DNA of 64,000 nt, taken from positions 2,496,001 through 2,560,000 of the forward strand of contig OZ244207.1 in assembly GCA_965216875.1 (NCBI GenBank). Direction: 5' to 3'. Numbering within the stretch: position 1 is the first letter of the stretch; the number at the start of each line of letters is the position of its first letter. Positions 1 through 10,360 of the stretch are shown here, one piece after another. The DNA is from Rubripirellula sp. (GTDB taxonomy: Bacteria; Planctomycetota; Planctomycetia; Pirellulales; Pirellulaceae). The notes under the pieces are model-generated. The model saw only the letters and a program-made list of their open reading frames with translations, was not told where the DNA came from and did not search any database. Position numbers and translations under genes: made by a program.

Positions 1-219
1 AAAAGGGTGGTCGATCGTGGCTTCGTCCAGCGGCGGCGTTTCCCAGCGGAACGCATCGAAGGGCGAATCGCTCAAGAGAGTTGTGTAGAAGCCGCGAAAC
101 TCATCATTGGTTCGCCACAACTCAAGCGTTTCAGCGAAAGATAGTTGCTTGCCCTCACGCAAAATGGAATAACGCGTGACGCGGCCAGGCTCGACCGATT
201 CCACATCCGCTTCAAACAT
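1..219 (-). CDS. Conserved hypothetical protein, DUF6940-like (5' part; runs off the window edge)
   Basis: Not in ORF track. Hand translation from ATG at 219: MFEADVESVEPGRVTRYSILREGKQLSFAETLELWRTNDEFRGFYTTLLSDSPFDAFRWETPP..., open to base 1. Starts just downstream of trhO on the same strand. Confidence 0.7.
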   Translation of the reverse strand, partial: MFEADVESVEPGRVTRYSILREGKQLSFAETLELWRTNDEFRGFYTTLLSDSPFDAFRWETPPLDEATIDHPF

Positions 220-254
220 ACGTGCCACTTGTTTGATTTCTGGACCAATGCGGT

Positions 255-1169
255 CTATCCGGCATTCGATTCCTTGGCCTGGTCAATCTGCCGCTGTCGT
301 TGACTGAAGCGTTCCTTCTGCTGGTCGGTCGTTTCGTCGACGCAGTGAGGGCAATGCACGCCAGGGCAGTAATCGGGATGCGATTGGTCTTCGACGGAAA
401 CGGGCCAACCGCAACCAAAACACATCACATGCTCACCTTCGACCAATCCGTGACCCACCGAAACGCGTTGGTCGAACACAAAGCAGTCGCCGTTGAACTG
501 TGAATCGATCTCGTCAACGGTCTCAAGGTATTTCAGGATCCCGCCACGCAGGTGATAGACTTCGTCGAACCCGCGTTCTTTCAACAATGCGGTCGACTTC
601 TCACACCGAATACCACCGGTGCAAAACATCGCCACCTTTTTGTGCTGGCTGGGATCGAGAGTCTTCTCAACGAACTCAGGAAACTCGCGAAACGATTCGG
701 TTTCCGGATTGACGGCACCTTCGAAAGTCCCGATCGCGACTTCGTAATCGTTGCGTGTATCGATCAGAATCACATCGGGATCGTTGATCAGTTCGTTCCA
801 CTGTTCAGGATCGACGTAGGTACCAACCACATGATTCGGGTCGATTCCTTCGACGCCCATCGTGACGATCTCTTTCTTCAGCCGCACGCGCGTTCGCTTG
901 AAGGGCATCTCCTCACAGAAAGATTCCTTGACCTCGAGCGCAGCCAAACGCGGGTCGTTGCGTAAGTAGGCAAGCAGATCGTCGATTGCGGCGCGCGAAC
1001 CGGCGATGGTGCCATTGATTCCTTCGGACGCAAGGAGCAGGGAACCTTTGACACCTGGATCGTCATTGCCACCCGCTTTCAACATCGCTTCACGCACCGG
1101 CTCGCGCAGCTCCTCGAAATCGGGGAGCGCAACGAAGCGATACAGAGCGGCAACGACGATCGTACTCAT
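255..1169 (-). CDS. trhO: Rhodanese-related tRNA U34 hydroxylase (TrhO/YceA, UPF0176)
   Basis: [49 protein letters not shown] and CFVFDQR motifs. Confidence 0.92.
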   Translation of the reverse strand: MSTIVVAALYRFVALPDFEELREPVREAMLKAGGNDDPGVKGSLLLASEGINGTIAGSRAAIDDLLAYLRNDPRLAALEVKESFCEEMPFKRTRVRLKKEIVTMGVEGIDPNHVVGTYVDPEQWNELINDPDVILIDTRNDYEVAIGTFEGAVNPETESFREFPEFVEKTLDPSQHKKVAMFCTGGIRCEKSTALLKERGFDEVYHLRGGILKYLETVDEIDSQFNGDCFVFDQRVSVGHGLVEGEHVMCFGCGWPVSVEDQSHPDYCPGVHCPHCVDETTDQQKERFSQRQRQIDQAKESNAG

Positions 1170-1186
1170 AACAACACCGATACTCT

Positions 1187-1702
1187 TTAGACGAGCATTC
1201 GCAACGCGGCCATCGCTGCGTCATAGTCAGGTTCTTCGGTGACTTCGGCAACGATTTCTTTGTAAGCAACGTTTCCGTCGGCGTCCAAGACAACGACAGC
1301 ACGCGTCAACAACTTCAGCTCTTCGATGGTCACTCCATAGTCGTTACCAAACGCGTGCGTTTGGTAATCGCTTGCGGTACGCATCGAAACGTCCTCGGCA
1401 CCACAGAACCGGGCTTGCGCGAATGGCAAGTCACGACTCACGGTCACCGCGTTGACCTTGTCGCCAAGGCTTCCAAGTTCTTCGTTGAATCGTTTGGTTT
1501 GCACAGCACAAACGGGTGTATCGAGACTCGGCACAATGCTGATGAAGCTCGGTTTGCCCTTGAGCTGGTCGAGGGTCAATTCCTGCAAGCCGTTTTCGGC
1601 GTAGTGCAGGCTGAACGCGGGGGCAGGTGAGCCGACGGCCAGGTCTTCGCCTGCCAACGTCATTGGATTGCCCTTGAATGTGATTACTCCAGAACGTCCC
1701 AC
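1187..1702 (-). CDS. tpx: Thiol peroxidase (atypical 2-Cys peroxiredoxin)
   Basis: [35 protein letters not shown]. Start trimmed to GTG at 1702, which follows a GGAGA Shine-Dalgarno; the ORF track N-extension looks non-coding. Confidence 0.93.
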   Translation of the reverse strand: MGRSGVITFKGNPMTLAGEDLAVGSPAPAFSLHYAENGLQELTLDQLKGKPSFISIVPSLDTPVCAVQTKRFNEELGSLGDKVNAVTVSRDLPFAQARFCGAEDVSMRTASDYQTHAFGNDYGVTIEELKLLTRAVVVLDADGNVAYKEIVAEVTEEPDYDAAMAALRMLV

Positions 1703-1991
1703 GTGTTTTCTCCGAAAAAAGCGGACTCGATGGATGAAAGGAAGGTTCGGCCGCTTCTGCTTGGGGCGACCCGAATTCTGCAACAAAAGTATGGTGTTCT
1801 TGGGCGATTTGGTGAATGGGGTGCCTAAAGACTTGCGACGCGACCCGTGGGGCCAGCGAAGGTTCCTTGGGGACTTGTGAGGGTTCTTTGGGTAAACTCT
1901 CATGGCTGTTTCCACACGGGTGGCCTGGCAACGCATTCTTACGCGTTCGCTCGCCCGCCTGCTTGTCACGCACCCACCACGAACCGCCACT

Positions 1992-4079
1992 GTGAACTTT
2001 TCATCCACCCGATCGGTTGGCTTTTTGCAAATGGCCCTGGGCATGCTCGCCGTTTTGGCCGCTGACGTCGCCAATGGCGCCGATTCCCGATACGCTCACA
2101 GCGACTCGAACGCTCGCTTCTTGCATTGGATCGACCTCTACGACGCAGACGGACGCAAGATCACGCCCGAATCGAACCGTCCCTATTCGGCATCAAAGAC
2201 GTGTGGCCGATGCCACGATTACGAATCGATTTCGCACGGGTGGCATTTCAACGCATTTGACCCCGAATCGGTGGCCGGGCGTCGTGGCGAACCTTGGATC
2301 TGGACCGACGCGCGGACCGGAACCCAGCTGCCATTGTCCTACCGCGATTGGTCACACACCTATCAGCCAGGCGATCTCGGGATCACAACCTGGGAGATGA
2401 CCAAGAAGTTTGGCGCGCGGATTCCTGGCGGCGGCATTGGACATGCGCCGCCTTCTCCCGCCGAGGCGGAACCAGAGGATGGCTCCGAAAACGACACGAC
2501 TGAACCGCCCGCTAATCGTTGGCCGCTTACCGGTTCTCTCGAAATCGATTGCATGATCTGCCATGCGTCCTCAGGTGCTTACGACTTCAACACGCGACGC
2601 GAACAAATCGAGCAAGAGAACTTTGCGGCTGCGGCGACCGCGGCGCTCCATTTGGGCAAGATCGACGGCAACGTCTCCCGCATCAAAGACGGCTCCGACC
2701 CAAACGACGAATCGACTCAAGCGAAACTTCCCAAGGTCAGCTATGACCCCGCACGTTTTTCGCCTGAGGGAACCGTCTTCATGGATTTGATTCGCAAACC
2801 GACGAGCAATGCCTGCTACCAATGCCATAGTCAGCGAACGGTCGACAAACACGGGATCGAAAAACGTTGGATCCATGACGAAGACGTTCACCTTCGCGCT
2901 GGAATGGAATGCACCGACTGCCACCGCAACGGAATCGATCATCACATCACTCGTGGTTTTGAAGGCGAGCAACATCCCAGCCAACAAATGGTCGGCACGC
3001 TCTCCTGCAAGGGTTGCCATCTGGGAACGGAGAGTGCTGACAGCCATGGCGAACCGAGCAAAGACATCTACGCGCGAGCGGGTCGGCTCGGATCGCCCAA
3101 ACCGGCGCACGCTGGATTGCCACCACTCCACTTCGAAAAGCTCTCCTGCACCGCCTGCCATGGCGGACCAGCACCACGCAACGAAGCGATTCGCGTGATG
3201 ACCTCACTTGCCCATTCACTGGGATCAAAGGATCACCGCACCGGAAACGAATTGCCAGCCGTTCTCGGTCCGGTCTACACCAAAGGAGAAGACGGCCGAG
3301 TTTACCCGCAACGTTCGATGTGGCCCGCGTTTTGGGGAGTTGTTGCCGACGGAAAGATCACTCCCATTGCTCCGGAAAAGGTCTACGACACCACTCGACG
3401 CACGCTACGCGTTCGCAAGGATTTTGTCAGCGAGTTGGTCAAGCCGAAATTGTCCAGCAAAGAACTTGCCGAAGTGCTTGGTGACGAGCGAGCCAAGCTC
3501 GACCGGCAAGAATGGACGGACGAAGACATCGCCAATCATGACAAGGTGCAATCTGAAAAAGGGCGAGCGTTGTTCGAAGAGAAGGTCTCCGCGGCACTCG
3601 AGGCACTGGAAAAGGAACTCGAAGTCGAACAGGTCGTTTACGTTTCGGCGGGCGTGATCTACGCTCGCGACACCGAGGAAGAGGCCGAAGCTGGCAAACT
3701 CAAATCGATTGAAGTCGATGATCCGAAAGCAACCGGCATGATCACTTGGCCGCTGGCACACAATGTTCGCCCAGCGGGTTGGTCGCTAGGAGTCGGCGGG
3801 TGCGTCGAATGCCACGCCGCCGACGGCAAGATCTTTGCCTCGACGGTTGCCGCCGCAGGGCCCGGACCCGATGCAGGCAAGCCGATCGCGATGGCAGTGC
3901 TCCAAAACATTCCAACCGACCAACGTCTGGCTTGGAATGAGCTCTTTAAAGGCCGCAAAGACTTCAAGTACATCGTGGCCGGATCGATCGCCGTCCTGGC
4001 GATGATCTTATTGATCGGAATTGGCGCCGCCGCAGGCCGGCTTGCCGGTCGCACCAAAGTCGCATCGGAGGCCAAGTGA
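1992..4079 (+). CDS. Membrane-anchored multiheme c-type cytochrome (7 CxxCH), octaheme tetrathionate reductase-like
   Basis: CGRCH, CMICH, CYQCH, CTDCH, CKGCH, CTACH, CVECH; N-terminal signal-like segment; C-terminal TM helix. Start uncertain (1902, 1992 or 2031). Confidence 0.85.
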   Translation: MNFSSTRSVGFLQMALGMLAVLAADVANGADSRYAHSDSNARFLHWIDLYDADGRKITPESNRPYSASKTCGRCHDYESISHGWHFNAFDPESVAGRRGEPWIWTDARTGTQLPLSYRDWSHTYQPGDLGITTWEMTKKFGARIPGGGIGHAPPSPAEAEPEDGSENDTTEPPANRWPLTGSLEIDCMICHASSGAYDFNTRREQIEQENFAAAATAALHLGKIDGNVSRIKDGSDPNDESTQAKLPKVSYDPARFSPEGTVFMDLIRKPTSNACYQCHSQRTVDKHGIEKRWIHDEDVHLRAGMECTDCHRNGIDHHITRGFEGEQHPSQQMVGTLSCKGCHLGTESADSHGEPSKDIYARAGRLGSPKPAHAGLPPLHFEKLSCTACHGGPAPRNEAIRVMTSLAHSLGSKDHRTGNELPAVLGPVYTKGEDGRVYPQRSMWPAFWGVVADGKITPIAPEKVYDTTRRTLRVRKDFVSELVKPKLSSKELAEVLGDERAKLDRQEWTDEDIANHDKVQSEKGRALFEEKVSAALEALEKELEVEQVVYVSAGVIYARDTEEEAEAGKLKSIEVDDPKATGMITWPLAHNVRPAGWSLGVGGCVECHAADGKIFASTVAAAGPGPDAGKPIAMAVLQNIPTDQRLAWNELFKGRKDFKYIVAGSIAVLAMILLIGIGAAAGRLAGRTKVASEAK

Positions 4080-4513
4080 TGAAAGGGATTATCGACGGGA
4101 TTCTCATCGTCGTCCTGATCGGGATTGTCGCCGCACTGTTGATCAGTCTGGTGCCTTGGTCGACAGGGCGTCCGTTGAGTGGAACGATGCTGCTCGTGCA
4201 CATGTTTGCCAGCGGGGCATTGGTCGGCATCTTGCCGCTGTTTGCGATTTCGTACCTTTGGAAATCGCTCAGCCACCTAACCGCGGGAACGCTACAGCGA
4301 ATCGGGTACTGGACACTGGTCCCCACTGGACTGATCACCATCGCCACCGTTTTTGTCTGCATGCTGCCCGTCGCCTCGACCGAGCAGATGCACGAGCTAA
4401 TGGTGGTCCACAGCTATGCCGGGTTCGCGATGGTTCCCGCATTGTTGTTGCTGGCCGTTGGAGCACTGCGTTGGCGGCGCATCCAATCGACACGCTCAAC
4501 CACTCCCGGGTGA
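4076..4513 (+). CDS. 4-TM membrane protein with intramembrane His, putative cytochrome b-like partner of the multiheme cytochrome
   Basis: GTGA overlap with the cytochrome stop; four hydrophobic segments; LLVHMF and VVHSY. Confidence 0.7.
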   Translation: MMKGIIDGILIVVLIGIVAALLISLVPWSTGRPLSGTMLLVHMFASGALVGILPLFAISYLWKSLSHLTAGTLQRIGYWTLVPTGLITIATVFVCMLPVASTEQMHELMVVHSYAGFAMVPALLLLAVGALRWRRIQSTRSTTPG

Positions 4514-5685
4514 AGCCAACTTGCTCGTTGCATCGCCGGATGATCTTCGGTCACCCGATGCAGTGCACTCGCGAGTGTTTCGGCGGCCGCATCGTAGGTC
4601 GCAGGAACGTGATCAATCGAACCGCCGATCTTTTCAGCCAACTTGCAGGCGACGACGTCGGCATCGTATTCGGTGCGATAGGCCACGGCGCGAAGCGTCA
4701 ACATCGTAAGCAAAATGCCAATCACGCTTCCGACGCCCATCGCCCAAGTGGCGCTGCCTGCGACATAGCTAATCAGTGCGCCAGCACCCCAAGCGGGTAG
4801 AACCGACAGCATGCGAATCGGGACGTGTCGCCGTTTCAAGTGTGCCGCTTCGTGTAAAACCACCATCGCGACTTGCTCGCGTGGCAGTTCGTCGAGCAAA
4901 CGATCACTGACCAGCAACGTTCGCAGCGGTGGTGCAAAGCCTGCGACCATGGCGTTGAACGACTTCCCTTCCGTCTCCCACCGAACCGACTTGGTCCGTT
5001 TGAGTCCAACCGCCGCCATCAAACTTGCGATCCAGGCCTGATCGTCCTGGTCAAGTTTCGACGTTTTAAACAGGTGCCGGATCAGCCAAGGCAAACCAAA
5101 GGGAACGAACGCAAACGCCGATACCATGGCGATGATCTGCGATGAACCATCAAAAGCGAGGGATGCGAGATCGTTGATGCCCAGCAGAATCAGGATCGGT
5201 GCGACGAGCCAAGCCATCCCGCCGCGAAAAGTGAGCCATAGCGATCGGAAGTAGTTTCGGGCGCCACGATCGGTATAGCCAAGCTTCGCACCATAGTACT
5301 GCTCGGCAGACCACGTTCCGATCGTGATCAACACCGCTGGTGAAAGGAGCGCGAGTGCTTGCAGGAACATGGAATGTTCTAGGACCGGCGCGGTGTCGAG
5401 CACGCGTGCCAGACCAAAGCCGCCTAAACACAACACGGAAACGCCTAAGCCGAGGTAACGGAACGCTTCCAGTTGCTTCTCGATCCAGTTCGCGCCCACA
5501 AGCGGGTCAAGCGAATCTTCGAGAACCTGTTTTGCAATCGCCCGGGCACCGATGTGGCAAAGCAACCACCAGCTGGTCACCATTCCCATGCTCGCGACGA
5601 TCGCTCGCAAAGGATCGACGTCACCCGGAGGTAGCGACCCACAACTGAGCGAAATCACAACGACAAGGAAATAGTAGAGCTGCAT
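4414..5685 (-). CDS. M48-family membrane zinc metallopeptidase (Ste24/HtpX-like)
   Basis: Multiple TMs, FNAMVAG, LHEAAH, EYDAD, SWLHP. Confidence 0.85.
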   Translation of the reverse strand: MQLYYFLVVVISLSCGSLPPGDVDPLRAIVASMGMVTSWWLLCHIGARAIAKQVLEDSLDPLVGANWIEKQLEAFRYLGLGVSVLCLGGFGLARVLDTAPVLEHSMFLQALALLSPAVLITIGTWSAEQYYGAKLGYTDRGARNYFRSLWLTFRGGMAWLVAPILILLGINDLASLAFDGSSQIIAMVSAFAFVPFGLPWLIRHLFKTSKLDQDDQAWIASLMAAVGLKRTKSVRWETEGKSFNAMVAGFAPPLRTLLVSDRLLDELPREQVAMVVLHEAAHLKRRHVPIRMLSVLPAWGAGALISYVAGSATWAMGVGSVIGILLTMLTLRAVAYRTEYDADVVACKLAEKIGGSIDHVPATYDAAAETLASALHRVTEDHPAMQRASWLHPGVVERVDWMRRQRSAPTASNNNAGTIANPA

Positions 5686-5836
5686 GCTGCGTTACCAAAA
5701 CGATGCCCGTGGGCAGAGAGAAGAAGATCGCAGTGTAGCCCGCGAGTTTGCCCGATACCGGAATCGCCCGAAGATTTCCGAGCACGACACGTCGCAAAGT
5801 CGAGCGGTTGTGAGGATCGTGACGCCTGGACGGCCC

Positions 5837-5927
5837 GTAGGCCGGATCAAGGAGCGTCAGCGACGCAGATCCGGCACCTGCCTGTTTGCCCCACAAAAAA
5901 CCTGGCCGCTTACGCGAGTCTCGGCTC
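5837..5927. repeat. REP mosaic: GTAGGCCGGATCAAGG...GATCCGGCA palindrome (family A) plus GGCCGCTTACGCGA..CGGCTC unit
   Basis: Family A recurs at 26968 and 63107; the second unit recurs inside the elements at 14711 and 48684. Confidence 0.85.
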
Positions 5928-5940
5928 AAGAGTGTGAAGA

Positions 5941-7341
5941 TCAGTCCTGAACGCCGTGACTGAGCAAACAGTCGTCCACCGAAACATTCGCCGTTTCGCG
6001 CAGCCAGATCGACGTCCCCTCTGCCTCCGGCCGATCATCACGAACAAGACAATCGGACACACAACTATTGGTGACTTCATCAAACAGCAGACCGCAGGCT
6101 CCATAGTCAACAATGTTGCAACCGGAAACGTTCAAACGATTGCAGCGCCGGAAAACCATCGCCGCTTCGCCCTTGACCACTCCTGAAAGCTGGTTTCCAG
6201 AAAAAGTGCAATCACTCGAATCGACGACAAAGACCCCAAGCCGAGCGTCGGCGCCATCTCCGTAGTGGTAGCGTGGGTTCCGGTCCAACACGTTCCCCGT
6301 CATCGCAACGTTGCTGCAGCGGTCGAGAATCACATTGCTTGTGTATCCCTTCCACATCGTGTTGCCCGTAATGGTCACGCCGCGCGCATTCTCAATCGCG
6401 ATGTTCACTTGCACGTCCGACAGAATGTTGTCAGCGATCGTGATGTTTCCGTGGCGGCGTTCAGGTGTGAAGGAACGCTCCGACGAAAAACCGTTGAAAC
6501 GAATGTTCGCTGAATTTGGAGCGTCGTGTGAATGTTGAATAGTGCAGCCAACAATTGCGACCTCGCCAATCGAACTTTGTGACGAATCCAGCAATACATT
6601 GGCTGTCGCTTCTGACCCAGGGCCACCCATGTTTCCTTCGATGTCGCAGGTTCCGATTTGCAGATTCCGAATCTCACTCAGCTTCGAAACCACACCACCA
6701 CCGTCGTTGTAGCTGATATGGCAGTTGGCGATATTGATTTGGTGAAGGTTCAACTGATCCAAGAACACCCCGATCCCTCGATTGTCATACAGGTGACATT
6801 CCGACAGCGTTACGTTTCGATTGCGACCGGTTAGCCTGACACCGTGAAGGCACTCTCGAACAACAACGCGTGTCAGCGTCAATTGCATCGTGCCATCGGC
6901 TTCAATCCCCGATGCATCGGGGTGATGTCCGACAATATCGATTCCATCGACCATCGGACTGTGTTCACGTTTCCAAACGCGCGCGTCAAACGTCGTCGGA
7001 TTCGCCGTACCGTCGTGCGATCCCTTGAAACGCAATGCTGGCCCAGCACCATCCATCACAATCCGGGCAACACCGTGACCTGAAAGCGACGTGTTCCCCA
7101 CTTTCGACAGGTCGATCACAATCGGCTTGGTGATCCGATAAACACCTTTCGAGAGGGAAACGTTTCCCGTCGATTGATCAATCATGCGCTGAATTGTGTC
7201 CGAATCATCGGCGACACCGTCACCTACGGGCGCGGCAGCAATTGCCCCAGCGTCTCGATTTGATTGACCGTAAATCGCCAGAAACCAGAACAACCAAACC
7301 ACAAGCAGCGTGACAAGAAAGACAGTCGTTCGGCGCATCAA
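5941..7341 (-). CDS. Secreted right-handed parallel beta-helix protein (pectate lyase-like fold)
   Basis: Signal/anchor; GDGVADDSDTIQ N-cap; many xIxNCxIxxN-type repeats. Confidence 0.85.
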   Translation of the reverse strand: MMRRTTVFLVTLLVVWLFWFLAIYGQSNRDAGAIAAAPVGDGVADDSDTIQRMIDQSTGNVSLSKGVYRITKPIVIDLSKVGNTSLSGHGVARIVMDGAGPALRFKGSHDGTANPTTFDARVWKREHSPMVDGIDIVGHHPDASGIEADGTMQLTLTRVVVRECLHGVRLTGRNRNVTLSECHLYDNRGIGVFLDQLNLHQINIANCHISYNDGGGVVSKLSEIRNLQIGTCDIEGNMGGPGSEATANVLLDSSQSSIGEVAIVGCTIQHSHDAPNSANIRFNGFSSERSFTPERRHGNITIADNILSDVQVNIAIENARGVTITGNTMWKGYTSNVILDRCSNVAMTGNVLDRNPRYHYGDGADARLGVFVVDSSDCTFSGNQLSGVVKGEAAMVFRRCNRLNVSGCNIVDYGACGLLFDEVTNSCVSDCLVRDDRPEAEGTSIWLRETANVSVDDCLLSHGVQD

Positions 7342-7368
7342 TTTCCCCCAGGAAGTAAATCGAGATCG

Positions 7369-8772
7369 TTACATCGGCGCGATTCGGCGCGAACCGACAT
7401 CGGTCGTCAACACGACGTGTGCGTCAAAAGCATCGCGAATCAATTCGCTCTTGATCGCTTGACTTTCCGGATCATCCCAAAGGTCTTCAAACTCCCACGG
7501 ATCGCGATCGAGATCATAGAGTTCGCCGACACCTTTGTCGTGATACATGCACAACTTGTGAGTTCGCGTGCGGAACATTGTGCCGTACGTACCGCTGCCC
7601 CCCGTAAAATGCGGGTCAAGTGCATCAAAGTACTCGGACCTCACATAGTCACGCAGCGTAGAGGGATCGGCATCGCCGCGCAATATCGGCAACAAGCTTT
7701 TGCCCTGCATGTCTTCGGGCTGGTCGATACCGGCAAGTTCCACCAACGTCGCGCTCAGGTCGAGTAGTTCCACAAGCGCCTCCGAGACGAGACCTCCCTT
7801 GAACTCGCGCGGCCAAGAAAAGACGAGCGGCACTCGAACGAGACCTTCGTAAAAACGGCAGCCTTTGAACATGAGGCCATGGTCGCCCAGTGCTTCGCCG
7901 TGATCGCTTGTAAAGATGATCACGGTGTTGTCGCGTTGCCCCGTTGCCTCAAGCGCATCGACGATCCTCGCGAACTGATCGTCGATTTGCTTGATCATCG
8001 CATAGTACAACGCTTGAACGCGTTTCGCGTCGTGTTGTTCGGGCGTACGAATCTCATCTTGAAAATCGAGTTTGGCGAGTTTGGCTTGCTGGTCAAGGTC
8101 GCTCTCTCGAAAGTACGGCCCCGGCATCGATTCAGGATCGAACTGATCCGCATAAACCTTTGGCGGGATGAAGGGCGGATGCGGGTCGTAAATGTTCAAG
8201 TTCAGCAGCCACGGCTCGTTCCGATCCTTGGCCTGTTCAATAAACTCGATCGCACACTCGGATGCCCAGGTGGTTTGATGCATCGACGGATCAACTCGGT
8301 CTTCGCTTTCCCGCATTGCATCAAGATCGCCGCCCAGGTTCTTCACCCAGTCGGCGTAGTGGTGTCCTTCAGCCCAGTCGTCGCGTGGCGCATGACTGAA
8401 ACGCCAATAGGAAAAGCCGTCGTCAAGCCGCGGCTCGGTCCGGCGCCCGGCGCTCTGTAAATGGAACTTGCCGACCAGCCCACAGTAGTAGCCCGCATCG
8501 GCGATCCTTTTGGTGATCAATGGCGTTCCACTCGGAAACGTGTCGTTACCATTACGCGTATTGTGCACACGGGACGGGTAAAGCCCCGTCATGAAGCTGG
8601 ACCGGCTCGGCGTGCAAATCGGACTCTGGCAATAGGCGTGCGTGAAGGCGACGCCATCGGCAACCAAGGCATCGATGTTCGGAGTGCGAACGTGAGGGTT
8701 TCCGAGAGCGGCGATGGTGTCGAAACGCTGCTGGTCGGTACAGTACCAGAGAATATTGGGGCGGGCATTCAT
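7369..8772 (-). CDS. Formylglycine-dependent sulfatase (choline-sulfatase/arylsulfatase A-like)
   Basis: RPNIL..TDQQR, HVRTPNID, CTPSRSSFMTG, GKFHL, DPHPPF, FTSDHG, ELYDL..DPWE. Confidence 0.93.
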   Translation of the reverse strand: MNARPNILWYCTDQQRFDTIAALGNPHVRTPNIDALVADGVAFTHAYCQSPICTPSRSSFMTGLYPSRVHNTRNGNDTFPSGTPLITKRIADAGYYCGLVGKFHLQSAGRRTEPRLDDGFSYWRFSHAPRDDWAEGHHYADWVKNLGGDLDAMRESEDRVDPSMHQTTWASECAIEFIEQAKDRNEPWLLNLNIYDPHPPFIPPKVYADQFDPESMPGPYFRESDLDQQAKLAKLDFQDEIRTPEQHDAKRVQALYYAMIKQIDDQFARIVDALEATGQRDNTVIIFTSDHGEALGDHGLMFKGCRFYEGLVRVPLVFSWPREFKGGLVSEALVELLDLSATLVELAGIDQPEDMQGKSLLPILRGDADPSTLRDYVRSEYFDALDPHFTGGSGTYGTMFRTRTHKLCMYHDKGVGELYDLDRDPWEFEDLWDDPESQAIKSELIRDAFDAHVVLTTDVGSRRIAPM

Positions 8773-8811
8773 GCGACCAGTTTAACAACTCGTCGCTGAT
8801 AGGTTGATAGA

Positions 8812-9002
8812 GTCGCCTTTCGCTCCGCGAAAGTTGCGCTCATGATCGCCACTCTTTCGGAGAGGCTGTGAATTTATGTGAGCCGAACGCGCTAGCGTCG
8901 GGCCTTGCGTTTCTCTTCGTCTTGAAGTGCCCGACGCTAGCGCGTGCGGCTCACGGGCCTCGGGAGCGGAGCGTCTGCGTTGCACACGGAGCGAAAGGCG
9001 AC
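8812..9002. repeat. Nested REP mosaic: outer GTCGCCTTTCGCTCCG inverted pair (family C) enclosing a GTGAGCCGAACGCGCTAGCGTCGGGC inverted pair (family B)
   Basis: C arms at 8812-8838 and 8987-9002; B arms at 8878-8906 and 8929-8954. Confidence 0.85.
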
Positions 9003-9050
9003 TATGGATAGAACTCAGCAGTGACGTGTTGCACGCCGGGCCCAACCAGC

Positions 9051-10289
9051 TCACAACGAGAACAGCATTTGTGTGCTCAAAATGTGGCGGTCATAGTCAA
9101 AGAACTTCAACCCCGACGCATTGGCTGTATTGGATTGATTGCCGATGTAGGTGTAGTCGAGCCGAAGGCTCACGCTGCGACTCGGCCACCACGTCAAACG
9201 CGGCGCAAAGCTCTTCTGGATTCCTAGCCGCACTTCCGTTCGCCGATCTCGTCTCGCGCGCCCAAGTGCATCAAGGCTGTTTGCGTTGTCATAGTCTTCC
9301 CACGCATAGCGAACGTCGGCGTCGGCAAAACAATTCCACCATAGCGATTGTTCGTAGCGAATCCCTGACTGATGCCCACGGCGGTCAAAATCAGAACCGT
9401 CCGCAGAGGTTCTGGAAAACCGGTAGACCAAGTAGACCCGGCCCGAGTTGTCAAACAAGTCGATCGCTTGCTTGACACCAACGCGATGAGTCACCCCCGA
9501 TTGATCCTGAGCGGGACGCAGGGCAATCGCCCGACTATCGAGCGGGTTGAACTCATAAAAGGCCGTTGTGTGCCCACCTGCTGCGAGACGCGAAAGGGAG
9601 GTGTTCAACCGGTGATCGCTTGCCAGACGTCGTTCGTTGAGCAACGTGTGATGGAACTCATAACGCGTTGCTCCGATCCAATCGGGACCAAAACGACGGT
9701 TGATGTAGCCGCCGCCCATGTAGTCCTGAAGATTGAAGTCCGTTGCATCGAATTGGAACGTGTCATAGGAGCTTCCGAGAATGCCAACCAACCAATCGTC
9801 CGTCGCGATCAGCCTGTAATCCAAGAACGATGCCACGAGTGATCGGTAGTCGCTCTTGTCCTCATCGGGTCCGAGTCCTGAGAGTTCTGGACGCAGTCGA
9901 ACGTTGCTGTCGTATTCACCGGCCAGCAGAACGGTCAAATCGTAGCGACGTGGTTTCGGCAGCAGCTTTGCGGCGACGTCTTGCTCGGCGATTGGCGGAG
10001 CATCGAAGGCGTCTTGAATTGTTCCCCGGCGAAGGTTCACATCATCGGGAAAGGGAAGAGAAGCAACCCGCAAAGAAGGTTCGGTTTGTGGGGTTGGGTC
10101 GGGCCGCGAAGCTGCTTCTTCGTCACTCCCATCACCCGCTTCTGGTTCGTCAGATTCAATCAGTGCGAAATCTAATCGACCGCCCTTTGTTGGCGCAACT
10201 TCATCGCCAGCCGCGAGGGCTGTCAGCAAAAAGAGCGTCGGCACGGTCGCAACGACGACGAGCCAAAGGCGTTTCACGAGGGGTTTCAT
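9051..10289 (-). CDS. Outer-membrane beta-barrel protein, Slam/DUF560-like
   Basis: Signal peptide; acidic/Pro linker; GEYDSNV start of barrel; amphipathic strands; C-terminal NQSN...FFDYDRH..MLFSL. Confidence 0.65.
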   Translation of the reverse strand: MKPLVKRLWLVVVATVPTLFLLTALAAGDEVAPTKGGRLDFALIESDEPEAGDGSDEEAASRPDPTPQTEPSLRVASLPFPDDVNLRRGTIQDAFDAPPIAEQDVAAKLLPKPRRYDLTVLLAGEYDSNVRLRPELSGLGPDEDKSDYRSLVASFLDYRLIATDDWLVGILGSSYDTFQFDATDFNLQDYMGGGYINRRFGPDWIGATRYEFHHTLLNERRLASDHRLNTSLSRLAAGGHTTAFYEFNPLDSRAIALRPAQDQSGVTHRVGVKQAIDLFDNSGRVYLVYRFSRTSADGSDFDRRGHQSGIRYEQSLWWNCFADADVRYAWEDYDNANSLDALGRARRDRRTEVRLGIQKSFAPRLTWWPSRSVSLRLDYTYIGNQSNTANASGLKFFDYDRHILSTQMLFSL

Positions 10290-10360
10290 GGCCACCGCGA
10301 TTGGAAAGGAAAGTCAGATGTCTTTTCCTTAGCCTTTTCAGCGATGGGGTGTCCACGCCG

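Noticed and set aside
1703..2074. N-terminal extension of tpx in the ORF track (similar extensions on S9 peptidase, rarA, phosphatase, surE, the 59511 kinase and FixJ)
   Set aside because: The extensions overlap neighbouring genes or promoter space and precede better starts with SD sites, signal peptides or translational coupling.
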